From Oceanispirochaeta sp. (lineage in GTDB: Bacteria > Spirochaetota > Spirochaetia > DSM-2461), in NCBI GenBank assembly GCA_963666275.2, contig CAXXOA010000001.1, forward strand, positions 448,001 to 512,000: 64,000 bases of DNA, in the 5' to 3' direction. A program made the position numbers and the translations under genes. This document shows positions 1-9,729 of the stretch, in pieces. Every line of letters begins with the position of its first letter. The first letter of the stretch is position 1. The notes below the pieces were generated by a model, which ran no database searches, was not told where the DNA came from, and saw only the letters and a program-made list of their open reading frames with translations.

Positions 1-268
1 TGTCCAGATTGTAGAACAGGCACTTGTTTTCCATCCCCCTTGTGGACTGGAATTTGCTGATGGCCTTCCTTCTCAGTTCCAGATCCAGAGCATAGAGCGC
101 CTTGTCACTGAACGCTTCATCCAGAAGAGAAAAAATACTCTCAAAGCCGCAATGCCTATAGTTCCTCAGTAGGGCTTCATACCCGAACACATCTCCCGTG
201 AAGCTGTTGACTATGGGCTGAAACGCATAATCCAGCCGGGCGGCCCTGTCCTTCCAGTTTTTTGTCAT
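1..268 (-). CDS. EAL-domain protein (c-di-GMP phosphodiesterase family), N-terminal part; runs off the window edge
   Basis: Manual translation gives MTKNWKDRAARLDYAFQPIVNSFTGDVFGYEALLR...LFYNLD, with the FQPI and YEALLR motifs. An alternative in-frame ATG lies at 310. Confidence 0.85.
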   Translation of the reverse strand, partial: MTKNWKDRAARLDYAFQPIVNSFTGDVFGYEALLRNYRHCGFESIFSLLDEAFSDKALYALDLELRRKAISKFQSTRGMENKCLFYNLD

Positions 269-519
269 ACTTAATTTTTCCGTTTGGAATATATTTTCTA
301 AAACAAGCATCAGCAGTCTACATCCACAATCAATGAGTTTTTCATTATTCTTTATCTTCCCCTCGAATTGTTAGCAATTGATGAGAATTTCTTTGCCGAT
401 TGGTTAAGTTGGGAAAAAGTTCTCCTGTCATCAATTAATAACAGGATATTGACCGGAATCTGACAATACCCGGGTAAAACCCTAACTGTGAATGATCAGA
501 TCAGAGAGGAGTTTCCGGA

Positions 520-1587
520 ATGAAGATAGTGTATGGTTGCAACGGAGAGGGAAATGGTCATGCCGCCAGGACAGCCGCCCTCTGGCCGGAGCTGAAAAAT
601 ACCCTTGATATGACAGTCTGGTGTCCCCCATCCATTGAGGGGTTTCTCAGAGAGAAGTGTCCGGATATTAAGATCCGGAGTATTCCGGGACTTCACTTTT
701 CCCTCAAAGATCACAAGGTGGATTACTGGGGTACTCTTCTTATGAACTCCTCCCTGCTGGGGAAGATGAACAGGATTGTCAGTGATCTGGCGGATCAAAT
801 GGTTCAAACCGGTGTGCAGGGAGTTCTCAGCGATTTTGAACCTCTTACGGCTCTGGCTGCGGCCAGGGCGGGGATCCCTCTGATTAACCTGAATCATCCT
901 GCTGTGGTCCGCAGATCAATTTCCCTGCTCCCCGATGCGCTGAGTGCCAAACTGGTGGCAACCTTCATGACCCCCCCGGCCCAGAAAAATCTGATCTGTT
1001 CTTTCTATGACGGCGATGTGGGGCCTATCCTGCGGGAGGAGATCAGAAGGGCCGTTCCTTCAAAAGGGAGGTATCTCCTTGTGTATGTCAAACAATCCTC
1101 CGAGGAGAGGATCCGTTCCATTCTGTCGGATTTTCCCGGCCGGGAGTTCCATTTCTTTCCCGATTCCCGCCGGAATTTTGTGACCTCCCTGGCAGGATGC
1201 GCCGGCGTCATTGCGCCGGCGGGGCATCAGCTCCTCTCTGAAGCTCTCTTTCTGAAAAAGCCTGTTCTGGCTATACCCCAGGAGGGCCAGTTCGAACAGC
1301 GCCTCAATGCGCGGATGCTCAGAGCCAGCGGCTGGGGCAGAGGGACGGATCTGAAAAATCTTAAAAAAGATCTCCCCCGGTTTCTGGATGACCTGGACTG
1401 CTTTCCCTTTCCCTCCGATCCTTTCTACCGTTTTCTTACAGAGGATTCCACCGCCCTGACCGCCGGGATTATCAGAGAGTTTTTTGAAATGGAAACGGTT
1501 CGGGAAAAACTCTCCCCCCGGGTGAGCTGCGATTTCCTCAGCTACATTCCCGAACGGGTCAGAAGGCTGCGGGAACTGACTGCCTAG
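520..1587 (+). CDS. GT-B glycosyltransferase (MJ1255/VC2487-like, GT1/GT28 type)
   Basis: N-terminal YGCNGEGNGHAAR, SDFEP, AGHQLLSEAL and GQFEQRLNA motifs. Confidence 0.8.
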   Translation: MKIVYGCNGEGNGHAARTAALWPELKNTLDMTVWCPPSIEGFLREKCPDIKIRSIPGLHFSLKDHKVDYWGTLLMNSSLLGKMNRIVSDLADQMVQTGVQGVLSDFEPLTALAAARAGIPLINLNHPAVVRRSISLLPDALSAKLVATFMTPPAQKNLICSFYDGDVGPILREEIRRAVPSKGRYLLVYVKQSSEERIRSILSDFPGREFHFFPDSRRNFVTSLAGCAGVIAPAGHQLLSEALFLKKPVLAIPQEGQFEQRLNARMLRASGWGRGTDLKNLKKDLPRFLDDLDCFPFPSDPFYRFLTEDSTALTAGIIREFFEMETVREKLSPRVSCDFLSYIPERVRRLRELTA

Positions 1588-1692
1588 TCCTCTAATTTTT
1601 CAAAAAGTTTTGAGATTTTCCGAAATTCTTATTATAGTAAACAGGGCTGTCTTTTATAATTCAGCTGTTGAGATAATAAGGAGCATTAGTAA

Positions 1693-2550
1693 ATGAAAAA
1701 AGTTGTATTCAGATTTTCAGTTTTAACACTGCTGGTTCTATGGCTGGCAGGATGCGGTTCCCTTCCCACGGGAGGAGGCCTCTCCCTTTCCGAGCTGGCG
1801 GGAAACAAAATATCCTCTGCTATGGGACTGGATGACCTGGCCGTGGAAATGCAGGCCATGGAGTTCTTTGCTCTCTATGCGGTTTACGGCTTTTACGGCG
1901 GCTACAGCTATGAAACGGGCTTTACCGAAGGAGAGGGAGTCAGATGGTCCCACCAGTCGGAAGATCCTGAGGGAGAGTCTGCAAGCAGTAAGTACGAACG
2001 GGTCTTTCTGAAGGACCTGGGCGAAGGCCGGGGCTGGTGGAGACTGACTGTAACCACCGAAGATGAGAGTTCCGAATATGAGTACCTTCTGACAGAAGAC
2101 TCGGATTTTGAGGTTGTCCGGTTCCGGGATCCCGATACGGGAGAGATTGTTGAATACAGACCAGAAGTGGATGAGAACGAAATGGACGAACAGGCCTTTG
2201 AAAAAGAACTGGATGAAGAGTATGATACAGAGTCCGATCTGAATGAAGAGTATGAAGATATGGAGGATTATGAAACCTACGATGAGGCTGAGTACTCCCA
2301 GTACAGCCTGGGAGAGGAACGGATCACTGTAGGGGCCGGGACTTTTACAGCGGAGCATATGGTTTCGGAATACAGAGATGATTCGGATCCTGAAAATATT
2401 GTTGATATCCGTTCAGACTGGTGGATCAGTGAATCCGTTCCGGGAGGCGTTGTCCGTTATCTCTGGGAGAACAGGGAAGAGGGGGGACTGCTGACAAGTG
2501 AACTGGATGAGATCCTCAGCGGACAAACCACAAAACTGGAGTCTTTTTAG
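1693..2550 (+). CDS. Acidic lipoprotein of unknown function
   Basis: Signal peptide with LAGC lipobox, AGGAG RBS and a very D/E-rich central tract. Confidence 0.75.
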   Translation: MKKVVFRFSVLTLLVLWLAGCGSLPTGGGLSLSELAGNKISSAMGLDDLAVEMQAMEFFALYAVYGFYGGYSYETGFTEGEGVRWSHQSEDPEGESASSKYERVFLKDLGEGRGWWRLTVTTEDESSEYEYLLTEDSDFEVVRFRDPDTGEIVEYRPEVDENEMDEQAFEKELDEEYDTESDLNEEYEDMEDYETYDEAEYSQYSLGEERITVGAGTFTAEHMVSEYRDDSDPENIVDIRSDWWISESVPGGVVRYLWENREEGGLLTSELDEILSGQTTKLESF

Positions 2551-2552
2551 CA

Positions 2553-3896
2553 TTGTTCAATAAAACAAAAGGTCCCTCCTACTGCCTCGTACTGAGCGGG
2601 GGCGGGGCCAAGGGTATTTATCATATCGGCGCCTGGAGGGCTCTGCAGGAGCTGGGTATCCGGGTAGACGCATTTATAGGCAACTCCATCGGCGCCATTA
2701 TCGCCGCTTTCCTGGCAGAAGGGAAAATCAGGGAGCTCGAGGATATCGGTGACAATATAGGCATCGATTTCATAATGAAGCTTCCTCCGGAACTGATCGA
2801 GAAGGGGGAACTGAAGGTGGGCTGGGAAAAACTGCCGGCTTTCCGCTCTTTCTACAGGAGTGTCATTCAGAACAAGGGGATCGATGTCTCCCCCCTGAGG
2901 GATCTTATATACAACAATCTGAGTGAAGAAGGGATCAGAAATTCGGGAAATGATCTGGGAGTCGTGACATTCAATGTTTCCGACATGAAACCTGTGCGAA
3001 CCTTCCTTGATGAAATGGAAGAGGGGACCGTTCTGGATTTCCTTCTGGCCAGTGCGGCAGTTCCCGGGCTGAAGCAGACCGAGATCAAAGGCAAGAAATT
3101 CATAGACGGCGGCGTATGGGACAACCTTCCCTATGATATGGCCCGGAACAGGGGATACAGAAATATCATCATCATTGATATCTCCGGGGTGGGGGTCAAC
3201 AGAAAGCCCTCCATAGAAGGCTCCAATACGGTGTATATCAAGAACTCCATCAATATGGGGGGACTCTTTGATTTTAACAGAGAGTTTCTGGACAACTACA
3301 GAATGCTGGGGTATCTGGACACACTGAAGACCTTCGACCGCCTGAAAGGATTTGACTATTTCTTTGTTCCCGATCCAAAGCAGGAGAAGAAACTGCTCCG
3401 CCTGCTTGAAGACCCTGATGTGGTTTCCTATCTGGAAGGGTTCATTCCCTATCAGAAGGATCGAGCCTGGTTCAGGAATGCCGACTGGCCGATCCGGAAG
3501 ATTCTGCCCGAAAGGATGCAGAAAAACAGGGACGTCCTCTACAGTATGGCAGACTGTGCGGCTGCGGTGTTTGCTCTGGAAAGGGTTAAAAAGTACAGCA
3601 TGGAAGACCTTATCCGGGAGGCGCAGAAACGGATTGATCTGGTAGAGAAAAAGCTGGATGAACTGAAGAAAACCATAACCAGATCAGAGGTAATGCAGCT
3701 GATAACAAAACTGACACTCTTCTTCAAGGAGACCAGAAACCCCGAAGAGGATGTGGAATCCCCCTACTACCACTACCGGCTGGTTCAGAACGTGCTGGAA
3801 CAGGATGATTCCTCCCTTCTTATGAAAGGAATGTTTTCCTATTACCCTGAATTACGGGGCGGTCTGATTTTTGTGAATCTTATGACAGACCTGTAG
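2553..3896 (+). CDS. Patatin-like phospholipase with helical C-terminal extension
   Basis: GGGAKG, GNSIG nucleophile elbow and DGG motifs; TTG start. Confidence 0.88.
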   Translation: MFNKTKGPSYCLVLSGGGAKGIYHIGAWRALQELGIRVDAFIGNSIGAIIAAFLAEGKIRELEDIGDNIGIDFIMKLPPELIEKGELKVGWEKLPAFRSFYRSVIQNKGIDVSPLRDLIYNNLSEEGIRNSGNDLGVVTFNVSDMKPVRTFLDEMEEGTVLDFLLASAAVPGLKQTEIKGKKFIDGGVWDNLPYDMARNRGYRNIIIIDISGVGVNRKPSIEGSNTVYIKNSINMGGLFDFNREFLDNYRMLGYLDTLKTFDRLKGFDYFFVPDPKQEKKLLRLLEDPDVVSYLEGFIPYQKDRAWFRNADWPIRKILPERMQKNRDVLYSMADCAAAVFALERVKKYSMEDLIREAQKRIDLVEKKLDELKKTITRSEVMQLITKLTLFFKETRNPEEDVESPYYHYRLVQNVLEQDDSSLLMKGMFSYYPELRGGLIFVNLMTDL

Positions 3897-3905
3897 ACAC
3901 TCTTT

Positions 3906-4661
3906 TCAGGAGCCCTGGGGGGGATCAAAAAACAGAATCGCTGTTTTGCTGTCGGTCTCTCTCAGGGGACGGATCCTCAGAACATAGGCGTTTCCTCTTA
4001 TCTCCAGAGCAAACCGGGCCTCTTTCCAGCCCTCTGCGAGCTCCCGGAGAATCCTCTCTTTTATCTCTTCAGGCAGTTCCGATCCCGCCGTTCCGGCTTC
4101 CACCGCTATTTTCAGATTATAGATATCATTGCTGATTCTGATGCTCAGATCTTCGTTCAGGACCACCGATGCCTGGGGCAGTACATTCAGAATCGCTGTC
4201 GAAAGGACCAGATCCTGATCCCGCGGTCTGTCTTCTCCATGATAGGCGGAAAGGATGACTTTCATGGATTCTCTATTGGCTTCGGCTGTGGTAAACCGTT
4301 CCTCACAGTCATGTATGGTTCTGATAAGATCCTTTTCGGTCCAGGGCTTCTGCAGGGAGGAGCAGATCTCTTTATCTCTGACAGCATCCAGAACCCCCCG
4401 GGAACCGGGGGAGGATGTCATCAGGCAGCGGACCGTATCGGGGTGACGGCTTTTCATCTGCTTCAGAAAGTCCAGACCTCCCTTTTCGGGAATCCCTTCA
4501 TCGCAGAGAAAAATATTCGGTTTATTCTTTCGTATAGAAAAGAAAGCTTCGGCAGCGGATGTCGCAGTATTTACTTTGTATTTCTCTTTTTTGAGACAGG
4601 AACGTATGAGATTTAACTGGTCAGAATCTTCATAAACGACTAAAACTAACGGTTTCCTCAC
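3906..4661 (-). CDS. Response regulator: REC domain plus uncharacterised, possibly PAS-like C-terminus
   Basis: REC fold pattern LVVYED...FLCDEG...MTS...KPW. Confidence 0.75.
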   Translation of the reverse strand: MRKPLVLVVYEDSDQLNLIRSCLKKEKYKVNTATSAAEAFFSIRKNKPNIFLCDEGIPEKGGLDFLKQMKSRHPDTVRCLMTSSPGSRGVLDAVRDKEICSSLQKPWTEKDLIRTIHDCEERFTTAEANRESMKVILSAYHGEDRPRDQDLVLSTAILNVLPQASVVLNEDLSIRISNDIYNLKIAVEAGTAGSELPEEIKERILRELAEGWKEARFALEIRGNAYVLRIRPLRETDSKTAILFFDPPQGS

Positions 4662-4760
4662 GAAAATTGTCCTTCAGAGAAATCTTAATAGCCTTTGTGA
4701 TGCTTATAATTATCTTATTTCCTGAAGAAAAAATCAAAAAAGAACCGAAAGTTATTCTTT

Positions 4761-6782
4761 TTATCTTTTCAGTTCATTTATTCTCTGTAGATAGACCTGG
4801 CTGGTTTTATCTTGGGGCATTATTTCAAGGAGTCTCAGGAACCCTGTACGGGCTTCCTCATAGGCGCCGCTGGTGAATGAAGCCAGGGCCTTGTAGAAGT
4901 CGGCTCTGCTCTGTCTTTTTGCCTCCAGTGTCTCCGGGTCATCGGTGTTGAACAGTTCATAAATAGGGACGGGCTCCTTTTTTCCCTTAACAAGAATCTG
5001 GCCGATATACCGCTCCTCAAGGAACTCTTTATCCGTCACAGCTTCCCAGGTGCATTCGCTCATGGCAATCAGGAGTCCGTAGTCTTTTGTCAGAGATTCA
5101 ATTCTGGCACAGAGGTTCACAGCATCCGAAATCACAGTGCTGTCCATCCTTTCGTTCTCACCGATGGTTCCCAGCATCATGCTCCCCGTATGGATCCCGA
5201 TTCCCAGCTGAATGCTGTTATATCCGCAGCTCTGGCGGTGCTTGTTGTAGATCTTGATCTGTTCCTGGATCTGAATGGCTGCTTTGACAGCTGTATCGGC
5301 GGTGCCGGGAAAAAGAGCCATAATCCCGTCTCCTACATATTTGTCTATAAAACCGCCGAACTGCCGGATTATGGGCCCGATCCTTTCCAGATAGGAGTTC
5401 AGAAAGAGGAAGTTCTCCCGGGGAGTGAGGTTTTCCGACAGGGTGGTGAACTCCCTGATGTCGCAGAACATGATTGTCATTTCCAGCTGGGTATGATCTC
5501 CCAGGTTTACATCGGCAATCTTCTGTTTGCCCAGGAATTTGAGGAACTCCTGGGGAACAAAGCGTTTGAGGGAGTTATTGGTCTGCTGGAGTTCCATGGA
5601 AAGGGCTTCGGACCGGGAAAACTCCCTTCCTATGTTCCAGCTCATCAGAGCCGCCTGTGACATGATGAAGAAGGACAGCCCGATGGGAACCAGATGGGCT
5701 GTCTGGATCACGCCCTGGGAATAGAGGATGTCATTGATAACCGTTCCGAAGAGGATTAGAAATCCGATGAGAGTGACCAGGGCGGAGCTGTTTTTCTGAA
5801 AGACCCTCTGAACTATCACAGCGAAAATAACAAGGCTTATCATGAGGGTGATCACCTGATAGTAGACAAGATAACGGGAGTAGATCCTGTGGGGGAAGAT
5901 CAGGATGAGAACCACGAAAATCAGGCTTGCAATGTTGACAGGATATTTAAAGATCCGGCTCCATTTGAAATCGTATTCGAAGGCTATGAACAGCAGGAAC
6001 AGGGGGACGGAGACACAGAAAGTCAGATAGCCGATCTTATTCTCCAGGGCAAGGGGAAATCCGGGGAACATGGTAAGAAGGGTGTGCTGTCCGTATATGA
6101 TGGTTCTCATTCCCAGGACAAGTGAGAAGAGCCCGAAAAACAGAGAGGATTTGTCATTCCGTTTATTGATGTAGAAACTCAGGTAGAGAAGGCCCGAGAT
6201 CATGAGGACCCCGAAAATAAAAGCATCCTGCCACTCTGTCCGTTTTTTATGAAGTTCCAGCTTTTCGTAGTTCCCGATCAGAAACGCGTCCATAATCCCC
6301 CCCCGGAGATCTTCAAAATTGGAGACCTGAACCAGCAGTTCCAGCTCGTTCAAAGGGGGGAGCTTATGGATCTGCAGCTGATCCCGGTTTCTGTTGGGGG
6401 TCCATTCCCGGGAAGGATTCCCGTTCTCTGCGATCAGGGACCCGTTGAGGAAAATTCTGTACTGGTTCTGGGTATACCTGGTTCTGAGTCCCAGCTCATA
6501 GTCCGTATCCGGCAGAAGAACCTTCAGCCTGTAGGTTCCGAAGCCGTGGCGGGGGTACTTATCATCGTCCATCCAGGATCCGGGAATCGACATAGAATCA
6601 GGATTGTCCGGAAGCGCTTCTCCCGGAGTCAGCAGCCTGTTCCAGTAAAACTCCCAGTTCCCCTCCAGTTTCGCCGGGTGTTCATAAAAGGAGGATTCTC
6701 TCAGATCCAGCAGGGCCTCTTCAGGAAATGCCTGAGAGAGTGAGATGAGGAGAGGCAGAAACAGCAATACTTTTTTTAACAT
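4761..6782 (-). CDS. Membrane adenylate/guanylate cyclase with 7TM-DISM-type sensor
   Basis: Class III cyclase motifs FCDIREFT, DKYVGDGIMALF, GIGIHTG and DAVNLCARIE; periplasmic GNWEFYW domain; about 7 TM helices. Confidence 0.9.
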   Translation of the reverse strand: MLKKVLLFLPLLISLSQAFPEEALLDLRESSFYEHPAKLEGNWEFYWNRLLTPGEALPDNPDSMSIPGSWMDDDKYPRHGFGTYRLKVLLPDTDYELGLRTRYTQNQYRIFLNGSLIAENGNPSREWTPNRNRDQLQIHKLPPLNELELLVQVSNFEDLRGGIMDAFLIGNYEKLELHKKRTEWQDAFIFGVLMISGLLYLSFYINKRNDKSSLFFGLFSLVLGMRTIIYGQHTLLTMFPGFPLALENKIGYLTFCVSVPLFLLFIAFEYDFKWSRIFKYPVNIASLIFVVLILIFPHRIYSRYLVYYQVITLMISLVIFAVIVQRVFQKNSSALVTLIGFLILFGTVINDILYSQGVIQTAHLVPIGLSFFIMSQAALMSWNIGREFSRSEALSMELQQTNNSLKRFVPQEFLKFLGKQKIADVNLGDHTQLEMTIMFCDIREFTTLSENLTPRENFLFLNSYLERIGPIIRQFGGFIDKYVGDGIMALFPGTADTAVKAAIQIQEQIKIYNKHRQSCGYNSIQLGIGIHTGSMMLGTIGENERMDSTVISDAVNLCARIESLTKDYGLLIAMSECTWEAVTDKEFLEERYIGQILVKGKKEPVPIYELFNTDDPETLEAKRQSRADFYKALASFTSGAYEEARTGFLRLLEIMPQDKTSQVYLQRINELKR

Positions 6783-6889
6783 GATTTTCCACTTTTGATT
6801 TTTGTATAGTAAAAATTATACTCTCTGTAACTTGCAGTTGTCCATGATGTTTGAAGGACACAGCCCATTAGAGGTATAATATTGTTCAT

Positions 6890-8143
6890 ATGAATGAGAA
6901 ACGATTCCTTTATCTGATCCTGACACTGATATTCCTACTGATGACCATCATGAATTCCCTTGTCATGATCAGCCAGATCCAGCGAGAGATGCATGACTTT
7001 CTGGGAGATACGGAGAAGCTCCTCTATGGATTCTACCAGTCCTATGTGGAGGGAGATATTCAGGATGAATCGTTTCCTCCGGAAATTCACGGGGTAGGGG
7101 TCTACAATTTCTACGGAGCGCCCCTGTTTACCCATGGTTCAGCACCCGACAGGGTGGATGCCGGAAAGCATCAGCAGCCCTATTTCAACAGAAAGAAGAA
7201 AACTGTCATCGTAACCCGGGACCTGCTGGATCCTTTTTCTCCGGGAATCAAGGATATTGATTCCATCGATACAGTCCATACCAGGATGCTGGAGGATGCC
7301 AGAGCCAGCTCGGAAGAGGAAAAAAAGCAGATGATCCGTCTGATTTTTATGGAAGTGACCGATTCTCCCCTGTCCTTCGTCAGAAGGCGTTACAGGATCT
7401 TTATGGGCTCCGTGACAGCCCTGCTGCTTATGATTGTCATCTATATAGGAGTCCTCTATCTGAGAAACCTGAAGTACAGGAACCAGATTGAATCCCAGCA
7501 GCGCCTTGTGATGCTGGGAACCGCTGCCAGAACCCTGACCCATGAAGTCAAAAATCCTCTGAGCAGTATCCGCCTTCAGACAAGCATCATACGCCGCTCG
7601 GGCTGCGAACTTCATGAGCCCTCCCTGAAGATCATTGAAGAGGAGGTTCAGAGACTTGCGGGTATGACCGAAAGGATCGGGGACTTTCTCCGGCACCCCG
7701 AAGGAAATCCCTGCCGCACCGAACTTTCCGCTGAGATCCGGAGCTCCCTGGACAAGGGACATCCCGGGATTTTTCCTCCCCGGCTGGAAGTCCCCACGGA
7801 ATTTCCCGTACTTATAGATCCGGAAAGATTCAGGTCCATTGTCGACAACCTTGTGAATAATGCCGTGGAAAGCGGAAGTCCCGCCGGAGACATCACTCTC
7901 TCTCTGGAGAGAAAGGGCCATGAGGTAATTCTGACCATAGCCGACAGAGGCTGCGGAATCTCCGGGGAGAATCTGAAACGGATACAGGATCCTTTTTTTA
8001 CAACCAAATCCCGCGGTTCCGGGGTGGGACTCTCTATTGTTCAGAACTTTATTCAGGCCGCAGGGGGGAGGATGGATATCCACTCCGCAGTCGATGAGGG
8101 AACGACAGTTCGTGTCTTCTTTCCTCTGATCAGGGAGGCTTAG
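6890..8143 (+). CDS. Membrane sensor histidine kinase
   Basis: Two TM segments; H-box LTHEVKNPL; N, G1, F and G2 boxes (NLVNNA, DRGCG, PFFTTK, GSGVGL). Confidence 0.93.
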   Translation: MNEKRFLYLILTLIFLLMTIMNSLVMISQIQREMHDFLGDTEKLLYGFYQSYVEGDIQDESFPPEIHGVGVYNFYGAPLFTHGSAPDRVDAGKHQQPYFNRKKKTVIVTRDLLDPFSPGIKDIDSIDTVHTRMLEDARASSEEEKKQMIRLIFMEVTDSPLSFVRRRYRIFMGSVTALLLMIVIYIGVLYLRNLKYRNQIESQQRLVMLGTAARTLTHEVKNPLSSIRLQTSIIRRSGCELHEPSLKIIEEEVQRLAGMTERIGDFLRHPEGNPCRTELSAEIRSSLDKGHPGIFPPRLEVPTEFPVLIDPERFRSIVDNLVNNAVESGSPAGDITLSLERKGHEVILTIADRGCGISGENLKRIQDPFFTTKSRGSGVGLSIVQNFIQAAGGRMDIHSAVDEGTTVRVFFPLIREA

Positions 8144-8144
8144 G

Positions 8145-9494
8145 ATGAGGATCCTTATTGTAGATGATGAAAAGAATATCAGAGACAGTCTGAAAATGAT
8201 TCTTCAGCAGGAAGGGTATGAAATCACCACCGCTGAGAATGGCCTTTCTGCACAGAGAATCCTGGAAACAAGCTCTTTTGACCTGGGAATCTTTGATCTG
8301 AAAATGCCCGGAATGGACGGATTGGAGCTTTTGAAATGGCTTAAAAGCGGAGAACGGGATTTCCCTGTCTATATGATCAGTGCCTTCGGACAGGTGGAAG
8401 ATGCCGTGAATGCCCTGAAAAGCGGAGCCGACGACTATATCACCAAACCTTTTGACCCGGATCTTCTGCTTGAAAAGGTCCGGATCATCGATTCGGTAAA
8501 AGTGTTGGAAAGCCGTATGGAAAAGGGCGGGGAGTCCCGGCAGACCGGCTACTTTCTGGGTCAGAGCCAGGGGGCGGAAAAGCTCTACCGCCGGATGGAA
8601 AGGATCGCCGCCACCCGGTCCAATATCCTGCTCACAGGGGAGAGCGGCGTCGGTAAGGAGGTCACCGCCCGGCTTATTCACGAATGGTCCGCCCGGCCCG
8701 AAGAACCCTTTGTGGCTCTGAATATCGGCGGAATACCCGAGAATCTGCTGGAGAGTGAACTCTTCGGGTATGAGAAGGGCGCTTTTACCGGCGCGGATAA
8801 AAGAAAACCGGGGCTCTTTGAAACCGCCCGGGGAGGCTCGCTGTTTCTGGATGAAATAGGGGAAATGCCTCTGCCCCTGCAGGTAAAGCTCCTCAGGGTT
8901 CTTCAGGACAGATCATTCCGCCGTCTGGGCGGGCTGGAGGATCTGAAGATCGAATCCAGGATTATAACCGCCACCAACCGGAACCTGGAGGAGATGGTCC
9001 TCTCCGGAGGATTCCGGGAAGACCTCTACTACCGCCTCAATGTGGCCCGTCTGGAGATCCCGCCCCTCCGGGAGAGGATGGATGAACTGCCCCGGCTCAC
9101 AGGATTCCTCCTGGAAAAACTGAACGGTAGAATGGCCATGTCCGTCAGAGGATTAACCCCGGGAGCCTGGAAAAAACTGGAGGATTACCGGTTTCCCGGG
9201 AATGTCAGGGAGCTGGAGAATATCCTGGAACGGGCCATGATCTTTGCCGAAGGGGATATGCTCACTCCCGGGGATATCGATATCCAGTCCGCTCCGGATC
9301 TGGCAACCCGTACATCCTCCCCGAGCGGTATCTCCGAACCGGGCAGGACCCTGAAGGAACTGGAACGGGACTCCATCGCCGCCGCCCTGCACCGCTGGGA
9401 AGGCAACCGCAGCAAGGCTGCAAAGGAACTGGGCATATCCCGGCGCACCATAATCAACAAGATCCAGGAGTACAACCTGGAAAACACCCCGTAA
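8145..9494 (+). CDS. NtrC-family sigma54-dependent response regulator
   Basis: REC domain, GESGVGKE, GAFTGA, FLDEIGE and a Fis-type HTH. Confidence 0.95.
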   Translation: MRILIVDDEKNIRDSLKMILQQEGYEITTAENGLSAQRILETSSFDLGIFDLKMPGMDGLELLKWLKSGERDFPVYMISAFGQVEDAVNALKSGADDYITKPFDPDLLLEKVRIIDSVKVLESRMEKGGESRQTGYFLGQSQGAEKLYRRMERIAATRSNILLTGESGVGKEVTARLIHEWSARPEEPFVALNIGGIPENLLESELFGYEKGAFTGADKRKPGLFETARGGSLFLDEIGEMPLPLQVKLLRVLQDRSFRRLGGLEDLKIESRIITATNRNLEEMVLSGGFREDLYYRLNVARLEIPPLRERMDELPRLTGFLLEKLNGRMAMSVRGLTPGAWKKLEDYRFPGNVRELENILERAMIFAEGDMLTPGDIDIQSAPDLATRTSSPSGISEPGRTLKELERDSIAAALHRWEGNRSKAAKELGISRRTIINKIQEYNLENTP

Positions 9495-9566
9495 GGCCCG
9501 ACAAAGACAGAACCCCCAAAGTTCGGGCAATTCAAGAATTGCCTCTATTCCCCCCCCTCCCATAAC

Positions 9567-9601
9567 TGTGCACATCTTTCCTCCTGCGCAAAATCTGCAC
9601 A
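9567..9601. promoter_or_regulatory. Candidate enhancer (UAS) for the sigma54 activator
   Basis: TGCGCA-AAATC-TGCACA dyad at 9585-9601, plus a TGTGCA half-site 18 bp upstream. Confidence 0.55.
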
Positions 9602-9654
9602 CTTCCTCCTCTCAGGCTGCCACTGAAACTGCACTGAACAAACTCTCCACCACT

Positions 9655-9670
9655 TGGCATGCTTCCTGCA
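9655..9670 (+). promoter_or_regulatory. sigma54 (-24/-12) promoter of the RND operon
   Basis: TGGCAT-GCTTC-CTGCA versus consensus TGGCAC-N5-TTGCA, with correct GG-N10-GC spacing. Confidence 0.75.
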
Positions 9671-9729
9671 TTAAGCCTTTTCACATATGACTGTCACATC
9701 AGACGGTTATAGAGGAAAGGAACTGAACA

